From contig CBFFSA010000053.1 of the NCBI GenBank assembly GCA_965644495.1, forward strand, positions 1-54,000: a stretch of 54,000 nucleotides of DNA, in the 5' to 3' direction. Position 1 is the first letter of the stretch; every line of letters begins with the position of its first letter. The position numbers and the translations under genes are program-made. The notes beneath the pieces were generated by a model, which saw only the letters and a list, made by a program, of their open reading frames with translations, did no database searches and was not told the DNA's origin. Source of the DNA: Perkinsela sp. CCAP 1560/9 (taxonomy: Eukaryota; Protista; Euglenozoa: Kinetoplastea). Below are positions 1-9,952 of this stretch, piece by piece.

Positions 1-579
1 AAATAACGTTTCAACAAAACCATTTTTACGCGCTTGTTCACGCGTAGTATCCATGTAACGTTTTACTCCAGGATAACGTGCGAAATATAAATCAATGTAA
101 GCTTGTGCTTGTGATTTATCGATTGATAATTGACGTGCCAATCCAAAGGCAGACATCCCATAAATTAATCCAAAGTTAATCGCTTTAGCACTGCGACGTT
201 GTTCGCTAGTGACCTCATCTGGGTGACAGTGAAACACTTCTGCAGCAGTGATCCGATGTATATCAGCATTGTTTGCAAAGGCTTCTAATAGCGTTTTATC
301 TTGGGATAAATGTGCCATGATGCGTAATTCAATTTGTGAATAATCCGCAGCAACAAGTTGGTATCCATTTGGAGCAATGAATGCATGGCGAATACGTCGG
401 CCTTCTTCAGTACGTGCTGGGATATTCTGCAAATTAGGATCAGAGGATGACAAACGACCAGTTGCAGTCACCGCTTGGTGATAGGACGTGTGCACCCGTT
501 TGGTTTTTTGGTTAATTTGTTCTGGCAATTTATCAATATACGCCGAGAGTAATTTGGTTAAATGGCGGTGTTCTAAGAT
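1..579 (-). pseudogene. polA: Bacterial-type DNA polymerase I fragment (polymerase domain), 5'-truncated, runs off the window's left end
   Basis: Manual translation of the minus strand: [54 protein letters not shown]...[18 protein letters not shown]...[21 protein letters not shown]...GFVETLF. These are Pol A motifs A and B, very close to E. coli-type PolA. No start codon; joined out of frame to an RNase H fragment at ~580. Confidence 0.92.
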
Positions 580-580
580 A

Positions 581-736
581 CTTCCTTCCCACATTGTACT
601 TCAACCATTCCCAGCCCCATTTTCCCAATAAACCCAGAACTCACCGATGCATCAGAATAAATATGTAAAGCACCTTCGTCGATTATAAATGGCGTGGTGC
701 CTTCCTCCGCATACTGAAGATCCGATAAATTGGTAT
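581..736 (-). pseudogene. N-terminal RNase H fragment of a LINE-type retroelement
   Basis: Translates as LQYAEEGTTPFIIDEGALHIYSDASVSSGFIGKMGLG, homologous to LQFFEEGSTLWPDYGLLHMYCDGS in the 16481 ORF (first catalytic Asp of RNase H). Confidence 0.65.
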
Positions 737-760
737 CCAACCAACCAACCAACCAACCAA
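737..760 (-). repeat. (TTGG)6 microsatellite tail
   Basis: (CCAA)6 on the + strand, located at the 3' end of the minus-strand RNase H element fragment. Confidence 0.8.
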
Positions 761-1910
761 CACTGGGAGAATTTGCCCAGTTAAAGGATTTACAATTTTC
801 TCCTGAACATTTAACCTTTCAATCCAACCGCGCGGAACTAACTTGCAGAAAATTTTTCGAAAACAAACAAACTTTTTATTTTATGTATCCTAATCATTCG
901 ATCCCTATGACACTTCAGTACTTAGCCTTCGTCTGCTGTATAAGTCACTTGCCGATGTGAGCACGACAGCAAACGGTTCAATCCACTTTTTCTGAAACTT
1001 GCAACGATACAAAGAAAAATATTGGAACTAAATGCACCTCCTATGTGAAATTCATTTTTGCATAAGCATTAGTATGAAAGGTCACTTTTCATGCTCTGTC
1101 ACGTTTACTTTCTTATTGCCCGTAGTTGATCGCGAACTTGACAATGTCTTCGTTGTCTTATTGATTTCCGTAGTCTTCTGTCGACTTTCGTTGTGTTTTT
1201 CGCCTTTTGTCACTTGGGTATCTTCCTCTCCTGTATCTTTTAATCGCTTCTTTTGCGAATGATTCGAACGCGCTTTTTCTAATATAATTGTATTTGGGCT
1301 GACTGTCCGTGAAGGCTCGGGGATAGAATCTTTATTTTTATGCTTTTTTGTGTTTAATACAGTTGAAGTCATGTTGCGCGGTGAATTCCTAGATCTTTTG
1401 ACTGTATTTTGATCACTAGTTTCCTGATTATCGTTTTCATTGGACTTGCTACGGTTTCCGCGTATTTTAGATTTTGTAGCTGGGGGTTTTACGGTCGTTG
1501 TTTCCATTGTTTGAGATTGTTCTATTTTGAAACCTTGTCGCCTACATTGCGTCTTAGTTAAGCGGGGTCCCTGATTCAGACCTGTCTTTCTTTTACTTTC
1601 CAGCATCAGTACTTCCCCGAAATACTTAACTGAGACTTCACGTTTTGCTAGTTCACATGCCTCTTTCGCCATGGAGTCGGCTGTGTCGTTGTATGGGTTT
1701 TCGTTATGGGATTTTACTTTTACGCAATAGAAATTTCTGTTCGTCTTAATATCAAAATAAGCGTCTCTCAGCAATTCCATGGTTTTACGGTTTTCGAAAG
1801 ATTGATACCCAATGAGCCTATATTTATGAACTATTTCGTGAAAGAATTCCCATAGGTACTCCGAATCTGTGTGTAAGATAACATCTCCCTCATACGCCTT
1901 TACCTCTTCT
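737..1910 (-). mobile_element. 3' fragment of an RNase H-bearing non-LTR retroelement (RTE/Ingi-like)
   Basis: ORF 1082..1996 contains VILHTDSEY...VKVKSHNENPYNDTADSMAKEA (RNase H C-terminal motifs) and a low-complexity tail, followed by a 3' UTR and (TTGG)n. The first ~28 aa of the ORF are read from the neighbouring element's UTR. Confidence 0.7.
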
Positions 1911-2067
1911 AATTTTTCTCTCTCTTTCTCCTCTTTCTCACCTCTTGACATACTTTTCCCACCTTTCTCCCTACTTTCCTGCTTTCCCCTACCCAACTTT
2001 TCAACTTTTCAGGGGGGGTAAGGTCTCCCTCAGCTTCGCCTCACCCGGCCTGCAGGCGGCTCCTCAA

Positions 2068-2300
2068 CCATTCGCGCGTTCCGGACCGGGTCTTTCGACC
2101 TCTCCACGGCCTGACTTGTGAACCCTTCCCTTGTTATATGGGAGGGCGCAGGCGCGGGCCTGTGTCGACAGCGACACGGTCACGAAACAGGATGCTGGCC
2201 GACGGGGAGGAGATTCACTGCCCGTGTACTACCTCACTTGGGGTACCTAGCCCTCGCGGGCTAGGCGTGAGTATAGACTCTGTCGACCCGACCAGCATCC
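2068..2300 (-). ncRNA. Conserved structured 3'-UTR RNA element (copy in A)
   Basis: Near-identical ~233-nt block shared with B, C and E; several hairpins with GNRA loops. Confidence 0.7.
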
Positions 2301-2374
2301 GGGCTCACATTAGAGAACCTCACTCATGAGAGAAAGGCTTGAGAATAGGTGGGTAAGACACAGTGGGTAGGGGC

Positions 2375-4426
2375 TTATGCCCCTACCAAAGACCCCGCTG
2401 GATCCGCCACGGGGATGCGTGACACCATCATCCGGGCCTGCGAACGCATGAGCGTAACATTCAGCTCCGTCAAGAGTTCATTTCGCGCTTGGCTCCGTGA
2501 CAGAAACCCCTTGGACGCATTCGCCCGTTGCGTTCCGATATCCCGGAGTAACGCTAGGGCACTTTCACTCCAGGACCCAAAGGACTCTACAACCATTGCT
2601 GTGAAGAGATGCCCGGCTTCGTCTGCTTCTTGTCGCTGTCGCGCCTTGGTCTCGGCATAGTGCGCGGCAAAAGACCCTGGGGTCACCCAGCTAGCATTAC
2701 GGACTGAGTCCAAATACTTTAATTGCTGGGCGTGGGTGACCGCAAAGTCCAATACCATGCCTTGCGCCAGAGTCCCTTTTGCCAAGGATGCAGTGGGCAG
2801 GAAGACATCCGCAGGCCTCGTGAGAGCTCCTCCGGGGCCTCGGTTTCCGAGACTCATCTCGCGCCGTGGTCCCAATTGGGCCTTGGAACAGAAAGATGTG
2901 AATTGTTGTGCCAGGGAGTTGTGGCGGGCGATGATGCCATGCCCATTTTTACAGAGCAAGGCGTGTTCACCGTTCTTGAGGAGAGGGAGGGCACAGCCTT
3001 CGGCGGGACAAGGCCTATCCTCTGGGAAAACATCCACCCCCAACCACCAACGTGATAGCGTCCGGAACTCCGTGGGGGTGAAAGCCAACCCTCTTTGCTT
3101 TGAGGGTGTCACAAAAACCCAGTTTCCGGCCCCTTTACCTGACTGAGAAACCCAGCGTGCCCTTGTTCGGGCGTCTGCCCTTGCGTAAGCAGCATAGAAC
3201 TCCTGTTCAGCGATTGCGTGGCTCAGGTGTTTTTGTCGTGGTACGATGGTTTCTGGTTCTGTGGTGTCGGGTAAAAGGGGGTGGCGGAGGGAATGGGAAA
3301 GTTTTCTTTTCGCCGGGCGTGACTGGGCGTCCCGTGCCTCGTTGTGGTAGTCTGGTGAGCTTGGCTTGAGGATACGTCCAGTATACAGATCGACCAGGAC
3401 AGTCCCAACTTTTTGATTTATTTCGCGTGCCGAATCAAGAAACCCTTCAGCTTCGGCTGCATCCCACTTATCCTTGTCGGAGGCAAAAGCCACAGAAGAA
3501 ACGTATGCGGCCGAGTGGTGAAGCAACGATGAGCGAAGGCCGAATCCCCCGTAACGTTTGGGCCGTTGTAGTTGGTCAAGGGCGGGAAGATCAAGAGGAA
3601 AAAGTGCGTGTTCCACAGCGCGCATGAGGTGAAAATCCAGCTGACGACAGAGTTCTCCGAGGCCTTGGGGAGGGGTGGTACGCAGTGCGTATACCATTTG
3701 GCAGAATCCGGCGCACTGCCTTATAAGGTCGAGGGCCACTTGCGGGTCTTCTATCAGGGAAATGGCTTCCAACGTATCGCGGGCTGGCTCGATCGCGTGT
3801 GTCCTTAGGAAATTCGCACAGTGTTCTGGAGAGCCCACCGGACTCCCAAGGATATCAAAGTTTCCGTCATACCTTATTTTGTCGCTAGGAATGTCGGGGA
3901 AAAAAGCAGAGGTGTGGGCAGACGCAGGGGGGGTGATGATTTCACATTTTGAGAGGTTCAGAAAGAGTCCCCACTGAGTTCCCACTTCCGCGAGAACGTC
4001 TAGTGCCTTCCGGACTTCCTGTGGTTCGCCAATGATCACACCGTCATCGAGATACCATAACTGTGTTTGGAGCTTTGTACGCGATGCGATTTCCTCCGTT
4101 GCACCCGACAAAACCAAAGAGAACAGGAGGGGACCTAGGGGATCACCTTGCTGCACGCCCTCGGCCGAAGGAATTAAATTGTCACCAAATGTTAGACAGC
4201 TGTGGTTGGCGTAACACCACTCAACCCATGGGGACAACTCGGGGAAATGCTTTCGCGTGAGGAAGATAAACACCGGCCTACTGACATTGTTAAAGGCGTT
4301 GCGGAGATCCACTTTACAGAAGGTTATATTTTCGTTTTCCATGTTGTTGAGCATCAACCTACGACAATTGTGAATGACTCGCTCTGCTCCGGCGGGCGCC
4401 GCAACGCCGTACTGTTTGCGGCCTTG
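2375..4426 (-). pseudogene. Truncated RT-REL ORF (lineage A)
   Basis: QYGV, KVDLRNAFN, GVQQGDPLGP, YLDD, CCHC (CPAEGC..HALLC), RHN, RPAD, LDFAVTH, VESFG. Confidence 0.9.
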
Positions 4427-5500
4427 TTTTTTTTTTTTGATAACAATAATAATAAAAAAGGAAGCAATCCACGCCCAATCCATCCGCGCGTTCCAACGTT
4501 TTTAACAAAACGCCTTTTTTTTTTTTTTTTTTGAAACTATCCGTAGAAACCAATTTGAACTTTTTTTTTTTTTTTTTTTTTTTACTTTCTTACTTACTTT
4601 CCTACTTACTTTACTTCGCCCTTATCAACTTCGCCCGCTTCTCTCCCTTATCTCCACCCCCCCAAAGAAACCATCCGTGACTTCCCGACTTCACCCGCTT
4701 CTTTTCCTCACTTCCCCCCCCCGATCATCCATCCGCGCCTTCCAAACTTTGCCCTCCTCTTTCCCTCACTTCCCCCCAGAAATCAATCCGCGCGTGCTCC
4801 ACCCCTTCTTCCAGCAGTGCGCGCTTCGGATCGGGTCTCTCGACCTCTCCACGGCCTGGCTTGGGAACCCTTCCCTTGTTATGCGGGAGGGCTCAGGCGC
4901 GGGCATGTGCCGACAGCGGCACTTTTTTTTTTTTTTTTTGCAATTAATAAGGGGGGAGAAGTATGAATCGCGGCATTGCCTCTATATTTTGACCCAGTAG
5001 ACGAACCAAGTAGGTCCATTGGGGGGGGGTATACGAGTTGAAAACAAACAATCAAATTAGCAATTCTTTTTCTGTCCACAGATGTACCTTTTTTCTCAGC
5101 CCAAAACTAGCAATTTAGTCTCCCCTAAGTATATACTACAAACAAGAAAAACAGTAAAAATTAAAACAAGCAATCCATGCCCAATCCATTCGCGCGTTCC
5201 GGACCGGGTCTTTCGACCTCTCCACGGCCTGACTTGTGAACCCTTCCCTTGTTATATGGGAGGGCGCAGGCGCGGGCCTGTGTCGACAGCGACACGGTCA
5301 CGAAACAGGATGCTGGCCGACGGGTTTTTTTTTTTTTTTTTTTTTTTTTGCAGTTAATAAGGGGGGAGAAGTATGAATCGCGGCATTGCCTCTATATTTT
5401 GACCCAGTAGACGAACCAAGTAGGTCCATTGGGGGGGGGGGTATACGAGTTGAAAACAAGCAATCAAATTAGCAATTCTTTTTGTTTCCACAGATGTACC
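4427..5500 (-). mobile_element. Chain of five short polyadenylated fragments, mostly retrotransposon 3'-UTR pieces
   Basis: T-runs at 4427-4438, 4515-4532, 4561-4583, 4923-4939 and 5325-5349. Intervening pieces match the shared 3' UTR (one diverged, 4584-4922) or are unassigned (4533-4560). Confidence 0.85.
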
Positions 5501-5965
5501 TTTTTTTTTTTTTGTTTTTATGCAAATAAAGAAAATTTTTCTCTCTCTTTCTCCTCTTTCTCACCTCTTGACATACTTTTCCCACCTTTCTCCCTACTTT
5601 CCTGCTTTCCCCTACCCAACTTTTCAACTTTTCAGGGGGGGTAAGGTCTCCCTCAGCTTCGCCTCACCCGGCCTGCAGGCGGCTCCTCAACCATTCGCGC
5701 GTTCCGGACCGGGTCTTTCGACCTCTCCACGGCCTGACTTGTGGACCTTTCCCTTGTTATACGGGAGGGCGCAGGCGCGGGCCTGTGTCGACAGCGACAC
5801 GGTCGCGAAACAGGATGCTGGCCGACGGGGAGGAGATTCACTACCCGTGTACTACCTCACTTGGGGTACCTAGCCCTGACGGACTAGGCGTGAGTATAGA
5901 CTCTGTCGACGAGACCAGCACCCTCAGCCTTCGAACATGCCGGGATCCGCGAGCCTTGGTTTAGG

Positions 5966-8900
5966 CTACTGCAAAATAAGTGCCGGTTGTGGATCTTCAG
6001 CCGGCATGCGTGAGACAAGCATTCTCGATTGAGAACGCATCAGGGTGAGGTTAAGCTCTTGAAGCAGCTGACGGGTAGCTGCTTCTTGAGATAGAGTCCC
6101 CTGGGAACATGAGGCGCGATGCTTCCCAACCCATCTAAGGATTGATAGGGCACTTGCACTCCAAGCACCATATGATTCTACCACCATGGCAACAAACACA
6201 TGTTTTGCTTGTTCCGCCTCCTCTCTCTCTTTCACCTTGTGAGAAGCGGCGTAGTGCTCCGCAAATGATCCTGCCGCCACCCCGTTAGCGTTGCGGACTA
6301 AGTCCGTGTATTTAGGTTGCTGAACGTGGGTGACAGCAAAATCAAGCACCAGACCTTGAGCTTTCTCATAGCCCGGAATAAAGACATCGCCCGGCCTCGT
6401 GGGACAGCCGCCAGGCCCTAGGTTCCCCAGGCTTACCTCACGTGAAGGTGATAAATTCGCCTTGGAGCACGTGTCGGTGAATTGTGTAATGAGCGCATTG
6501 TGGCGGGAGATCAGTCCATTCCCACTTTTGCAAGACACTGCATGGTTTCCTTCGAGGTCGAGAGGTTGTTGGCATGTGTTAATTGGGCACGTGCTCAACT
6601 CGTTGTAGACCTTGGCACCTAACCACCACCTGGAGAGGGCGCGGAATTCTGTGGGTGTGTAAGCGTGGCCAAGCTCTGTTGATGGGATGCAAAATGCCCA
6701 GCTGCTGGCCCCATCTCCAGTCTGAGAGGTGTACCTCGCGCGAGTGCTACTGTCCGCCGCTGCGTACGCACATGAAAATTCGTGCGCCGAGATTGCGTCG
6801 CTCAAGGCACGTTGACGGGGGGTGCAAGAATTGTCCGTTTCTGTACTTTGACTAGATCCTGTCGGAAAAGGGGAGCTGATCTCCTCTAATGCTCTTCCCG
6901 TGTCCGGATCAACTACGGGGCCTCCGCTCCGGCGATTGATGTCCAGGACTGCGGAAGAGAATCCTTCTGCATCTGACGGTAGCCAACGATCCGTCTCTGC
7001 AGCAAAAGCAACTGAAGACACGTACGCCGCTGAGCGGTGCGCAGATGCAGATCGGAGACCAAAACCTCCATACCGTTTCGGGCGTTGAACTTGTGATCGA
7101 GCTGAGGAGCTAAGCGGGCATATATTCCATTCATACGCATGGAGGACTGCTTCATCAAGACGCTGACAGAGTGCAGAAAGCTCATGTGGTGGGGTAGTTC
7201 GAAGCGAATGGACCATTTGACAAAAACCCGCACACTGTCTGATCAATGACAAGGCAATTTGAGGATCTTCGAGCATTTCTATAGCTTCCAGGGTCTCTTC
7301 TGCCGGTTCCACGGCGTGTGTCGTAAGGAAATCTATGCAATGTTGAGCAGAGCCTATGGGGCTCCCAAGAATGTCAAAATTTCCTTCGCGGTTTATCTTG
7401 GGTTCCGGAATATCGGAAAAAAGAGCAGTTTGGTGTGCCGAGGCAGGGTTCGTTATTATTTCGCATTTAGAGGTATTGATGTGAAGACCCCACTTAGGAC
7501 CAACTCGAGAAAGAGTCTCTAAAGCGAAACTGACGTCTTCGGCCTTACCGGCTATTACCCCGTCGTCGAGGTACCAGAGGTGAAGCTGGAGACTGCCTGG
7601 GAGTGCTTCTTTGATCATTTTCGCGGCTTCGAGCATTACGAGGGAAAAAAGGAGAGGCCCTAGGGGGTCCCCTTGTTGAACCCCCTCGGATGATGGAAGA
7701 GTTCTGGAACCGTAAGTTAGGAGACTATCCGTGGAGTAGGTCCACTCCACCCATGCTGACAATTCTGGAAAATGTTTGCGAAGTAAGGCGATGAACGCAG
7801 ATCTGGATACTCTATTGAACGCGTTCGCTAGGTCCACCTTACATAGCACAAAGTTCGTGTCATCGGCATGGCGGGACATAGTCTGTCGGCAGAGGTGGAT
7901 CACCCTCTCCGATCCGGCTGGCGTGGCAACCCCATACTGTATTCCTTTAAACAAGCGACTAGCTTTTTTCTTGGCTGTTAGACATGCCACTTTACCAACC
8001 AAACGACGGATTGTCTCGCCTGCGGCTATAGGTCGGACGTCACATTCTCCTTTCTGAAGTGCACACAATCTGGCCCCAGCGAAACGTTCCTGAATCTCGA
8101 ATGGAGCTTTTCCAGAAAGAAGCACATTGACTACGTCTGTAAGAGCGGTGAGAGGGTGTACTTTCTCGTCCACGTGGGCACGTAGTGCTATCTGAAGGTG
8201 CTCAGCTCTCAGCGACATCGTTCCGCCAGATGATCCCTTGCGAAAGCTTCCCAAAGCGTGCTTAACTTCTTCTTCGTTTACTTTCAAGGGAGGTGCGTTA
8301 GGGTACGGGAGATCTTGAAGCATGCAGTCCTGCGCACGAGTGGGATGCTTTGCCATCAACTTGCAGTACGTTTCGTCGTTGTCAGGTGCAAAGGGTGCCG
8401 CCGTTAGTGCACTCATTCCACGAGAGACTTCACCCTGGCGTACAAGTTTTTCGCATCGTTCTTTTGCCCTTCTTACTTCTTGCGCAAGCTCCTGGTCTTG
8501 ATCTTGGTCTTTGGTTGATGGGTGCGACGACTTCGTGTTGTTTTTGGTCGCTTCAATCCACAGAGCGGTAAATTCCACTTTTCCCCACCTTTCTAGGCTT
8601 TTTGTCACATGTGAGGCATAAGAAAGACGACCTTTGCGCCCCCCGCGGTTCGGGGCCGGTAGAACGCATTTAGGCAGCATGCCGAGACGGGTCCATGCCG
8701 CTACGGAGTTCTCGCTGGCTACGGAGGATAATACATCGGTGAGCGTTTTCGCCCATTGGTAGCGGCATCGGAATGGAACATCCCTAGAAGTGTTGATAGG
8801 AGTCATGCAAATATCAGAAAGCGATGGTAAAGGAAGAGGTTGGACACTCTGTGAGACATCGGTGCTGCGCGAACCGTGGTCCAATGAACTCTGCGTCAAG

Positions 8901-9907
8901 TTATTCGCGGGATTGGCTACAGAGTCAGTCGAGGTTCCTTTGCAAGCGTTGTCGTGTGTTGCTCGTTTGCCTTCTTCGTAATGTCGCCCGCATTTCTGGC
9001 AGAGAAAGCGCCCTTCGTTCGTCCACCAGGATTCGGGCACTTCATTCGCGTGTCTTGTAGCTACGTGGTTGTAGTAAGCTTGCCACCTGCCGCCATGAGC
9101 GAGTGTTTTCCACACGCACCCTTTAACTGGGCAAGTTTTCAAAGAGTCCTGAGGCGTGCTGCGGAATGCGGCTAAAGACGGAGGAAGTTTGGATTTGCCG
9201 CTTGGTGTTTTGTCTGTCCGGTGACCTGTCGTAGGAAAATAATTCGAGAAGCTTTTCGCTATGTCTCGGCGGCGCTTTTGTTTACCGTTTTGAGTGGGCT
9301 CAGGTGTCACGCTGTCTTCGTGCTCGTCACCCTCGGGGCTTGAAGAGTTGGTACCGTCAGTACACGTCGTTGCCGTTCGTTTTATTCGTTTCTTCTTTCT
9401 CCTACCTTTGCGTTTTGTTGTGATTGTGAAGTCAAGTTCAGTAGGCGTGAGGTCTGGAAACATCATCGCGTTCTCTGTGTCAACGGCACCTTCCATTCTC
9501 CTTGTTCGACGCAGGCATCTCTCCTTCACAGCCCTGTTTGAAGTTTGTAATTGGCTGGGTGAATTTGAGTGCGTTCCCTCGAAATGGAAAGGGGAAGGTT
9601 CATCGTCCCGACGCACACTGCAGTGTATCTCTTCCTCGGTTCTTTCACTTGATAGTTCATTCGCATGCCCCAAATCTGGCGTTGAGTCCTGCGTTGCCGT
9701 CTTCATACTTCGAAGGATTTCGTCCGTTCTCTTTTCCCAGTCCTGAGGAATATCATTAGGGAGGGCTGTGGTGTAGATTAGCTCATCGTACGTGCTAGGT
9801 CCCTTCGCTAAAGATTTGTTTGCCGCAAATTGATCCCAGGACCCAAGTGTGTGAGACGACGCCTCCTCCTCGAAGGTCGGATTTTGCTCTTCAACGGATG
9901 TGGGCAT
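5966..9907 (-). CDS. LsmAD-like + 2 Zn fingers + reverse transcriptase + CCHC/REL endonuclease polyprotein (1313 aa)
   Basis: GSWDQFAAN..STYDELIYTT..TEEEIHCSVRR; CPVKGC..YNHVATRH; CQKC..H...C; RPIAAGE, DLANAFN, QGDPLGP, YLDD; CPINTC..HAVSC, RHN, RPGD, LDFAVTH. Confidence 0.93.
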   Translation of the reverse strand: MPTSVEEQNPTFEEEASSHTLGSWDQFAANKSLAKGPSTYDELIYTTALPNDIPQDWEKRTDEILRSMKTATQDSTPDLGHANELSSERTEEEIHCSVRRDDEPSPFHFEGTHSNSPSQLQTSNRAVKERCLRRTRRMEGAVDTENAMMFPDLTPTELDFTITTKRKGRRKKKRIKRTATTCTDGTNSSSPEGDEHEDSVTPEPTQNGKQKRRRDIAKSFSNYFPTTGHRTDKTPSGKSKLPPSLAAFRSTPQDSLKTCPVKGCVWKTLAHGGRWQAYYNHVATRHANEVPESWWTNEGRFLCQKCGRHYEEGKRATHDNACKGTSTDSVANPANNLTQSSLDHGSRSTDVSQSVQPLPLPSLSDICMTPINTSRDVPFRCRYQWAKTLTDVLSSVASENSVAAWTRLGMLPKCVLPAPNRGGRKGRLSYASHVTKSLERWGKVEFTALWIEATKNNTKSSHPSTKDQDQDQELAQEVRRAKERCEKLVRQGEVSRGMSALTAAPFAPDNDETYCKLMAKHPTRAQDCMLQDLPYPNAPPLKVNEEEVKHALGSFRKGSSGGTMSLRAEHLQIALRAHVDEKVHPLTALTDVVNVLLSGKAPFEIQERFAGARLCALQKGECDVRPIAAGETIRRLVGKVACLTAKKKASRLFKGIQYGVATPAGSERVIHLCRQTMSRHADDTNFVLCKVDLANAFNRVSRSAFIALLRKHFPELSAWVEWTYSTDSLLTYGSRTLPSSEGVQQGDPLGPLLFSLVMLEAAKMIKEALPGSLQLHLWYLDDGVIAGKAEDVSFALETLSRVGPKWGLHINTSKCEIITNPASAHQTALFSDIPEPKINREGNFDILGSPIGSAQHCIDFLTTHAVEPAEETLEAIEMLEDPQIALSLIRQCAGFCQMVHSLRTTPPHELSALCQRLDEAVLHAYEWNICPLSSSARSQVQRPKRYGGFGLRSASAHRSAAYVSSVAFAAETDRWLPSDAEGFSSAVLDINRRSGGPVVDPDTGRALEEISSPFPTGSSQSTETDNSCTPRQRALSDAISAHEFSCAYAAADSSTRARYTSQTGDGASSWAFCIPSTELGHAYTPTEFRALSRWWLGAKVYNELSTCPINTCQQPLDLEGNHAVSCKSGNGLISRHNALITQFTDTCSKANLSPSREVSLGNLGPGGCPTRPGDVFIPGYEKAQGLVLDFAVTHVQQPKYTDLVRNANGVAAGSFAEHYAASHKVKEREEAEQAKHVFVAMVVESYGAWSASALSILRWVGKHRASCSQGTLSQEAATRQLLQELNLTLMRSQSRMLVSRMPAEDPQPALILQ

Positions 9908-9952
9908 GGGATCGCGACCCGGGTAACAAAGAACAAATTAATAAAAATAATT

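Larger units (their letters stand above)
1911..4426 (-). mobile_element. 5'-truncated CRE/SLACS-type non-LTR retrotransposon (lineage A, sister of F)
   Basis: RT plus REL endonuclease ORF remnant and the shared structured 3' UTR. The 5' end is fused to a poly(A) (T-run 4427-4438); the 3' end is cut before its own poly(A). Confidence 0.9.

Noticed and set aside
737-760. Telomeric repeat
   Set aside because: Only six CCAA units, internal, and positioned as a LINE 3' tail; not TTAGGG.
5082-5873. Short ORFs over the shared UTR (e.g. MGGRRRGPVSTATRS.., MQIKKIFLS..) and other antisense ORFs
   Set aside because: They recur only because the DNA is repeated; they cross poly(T) junctions or lie antisense to RT ORFs and show no protein motifs.
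5966-9907. Prokaryotic RT system (retron, DGR, group II intron)
   Set aside because: REL endonuclease, CCHC motif, poly(A) tails, 5' truncations and SL heads indicate eukaryotic non-LTR retrotransposons.
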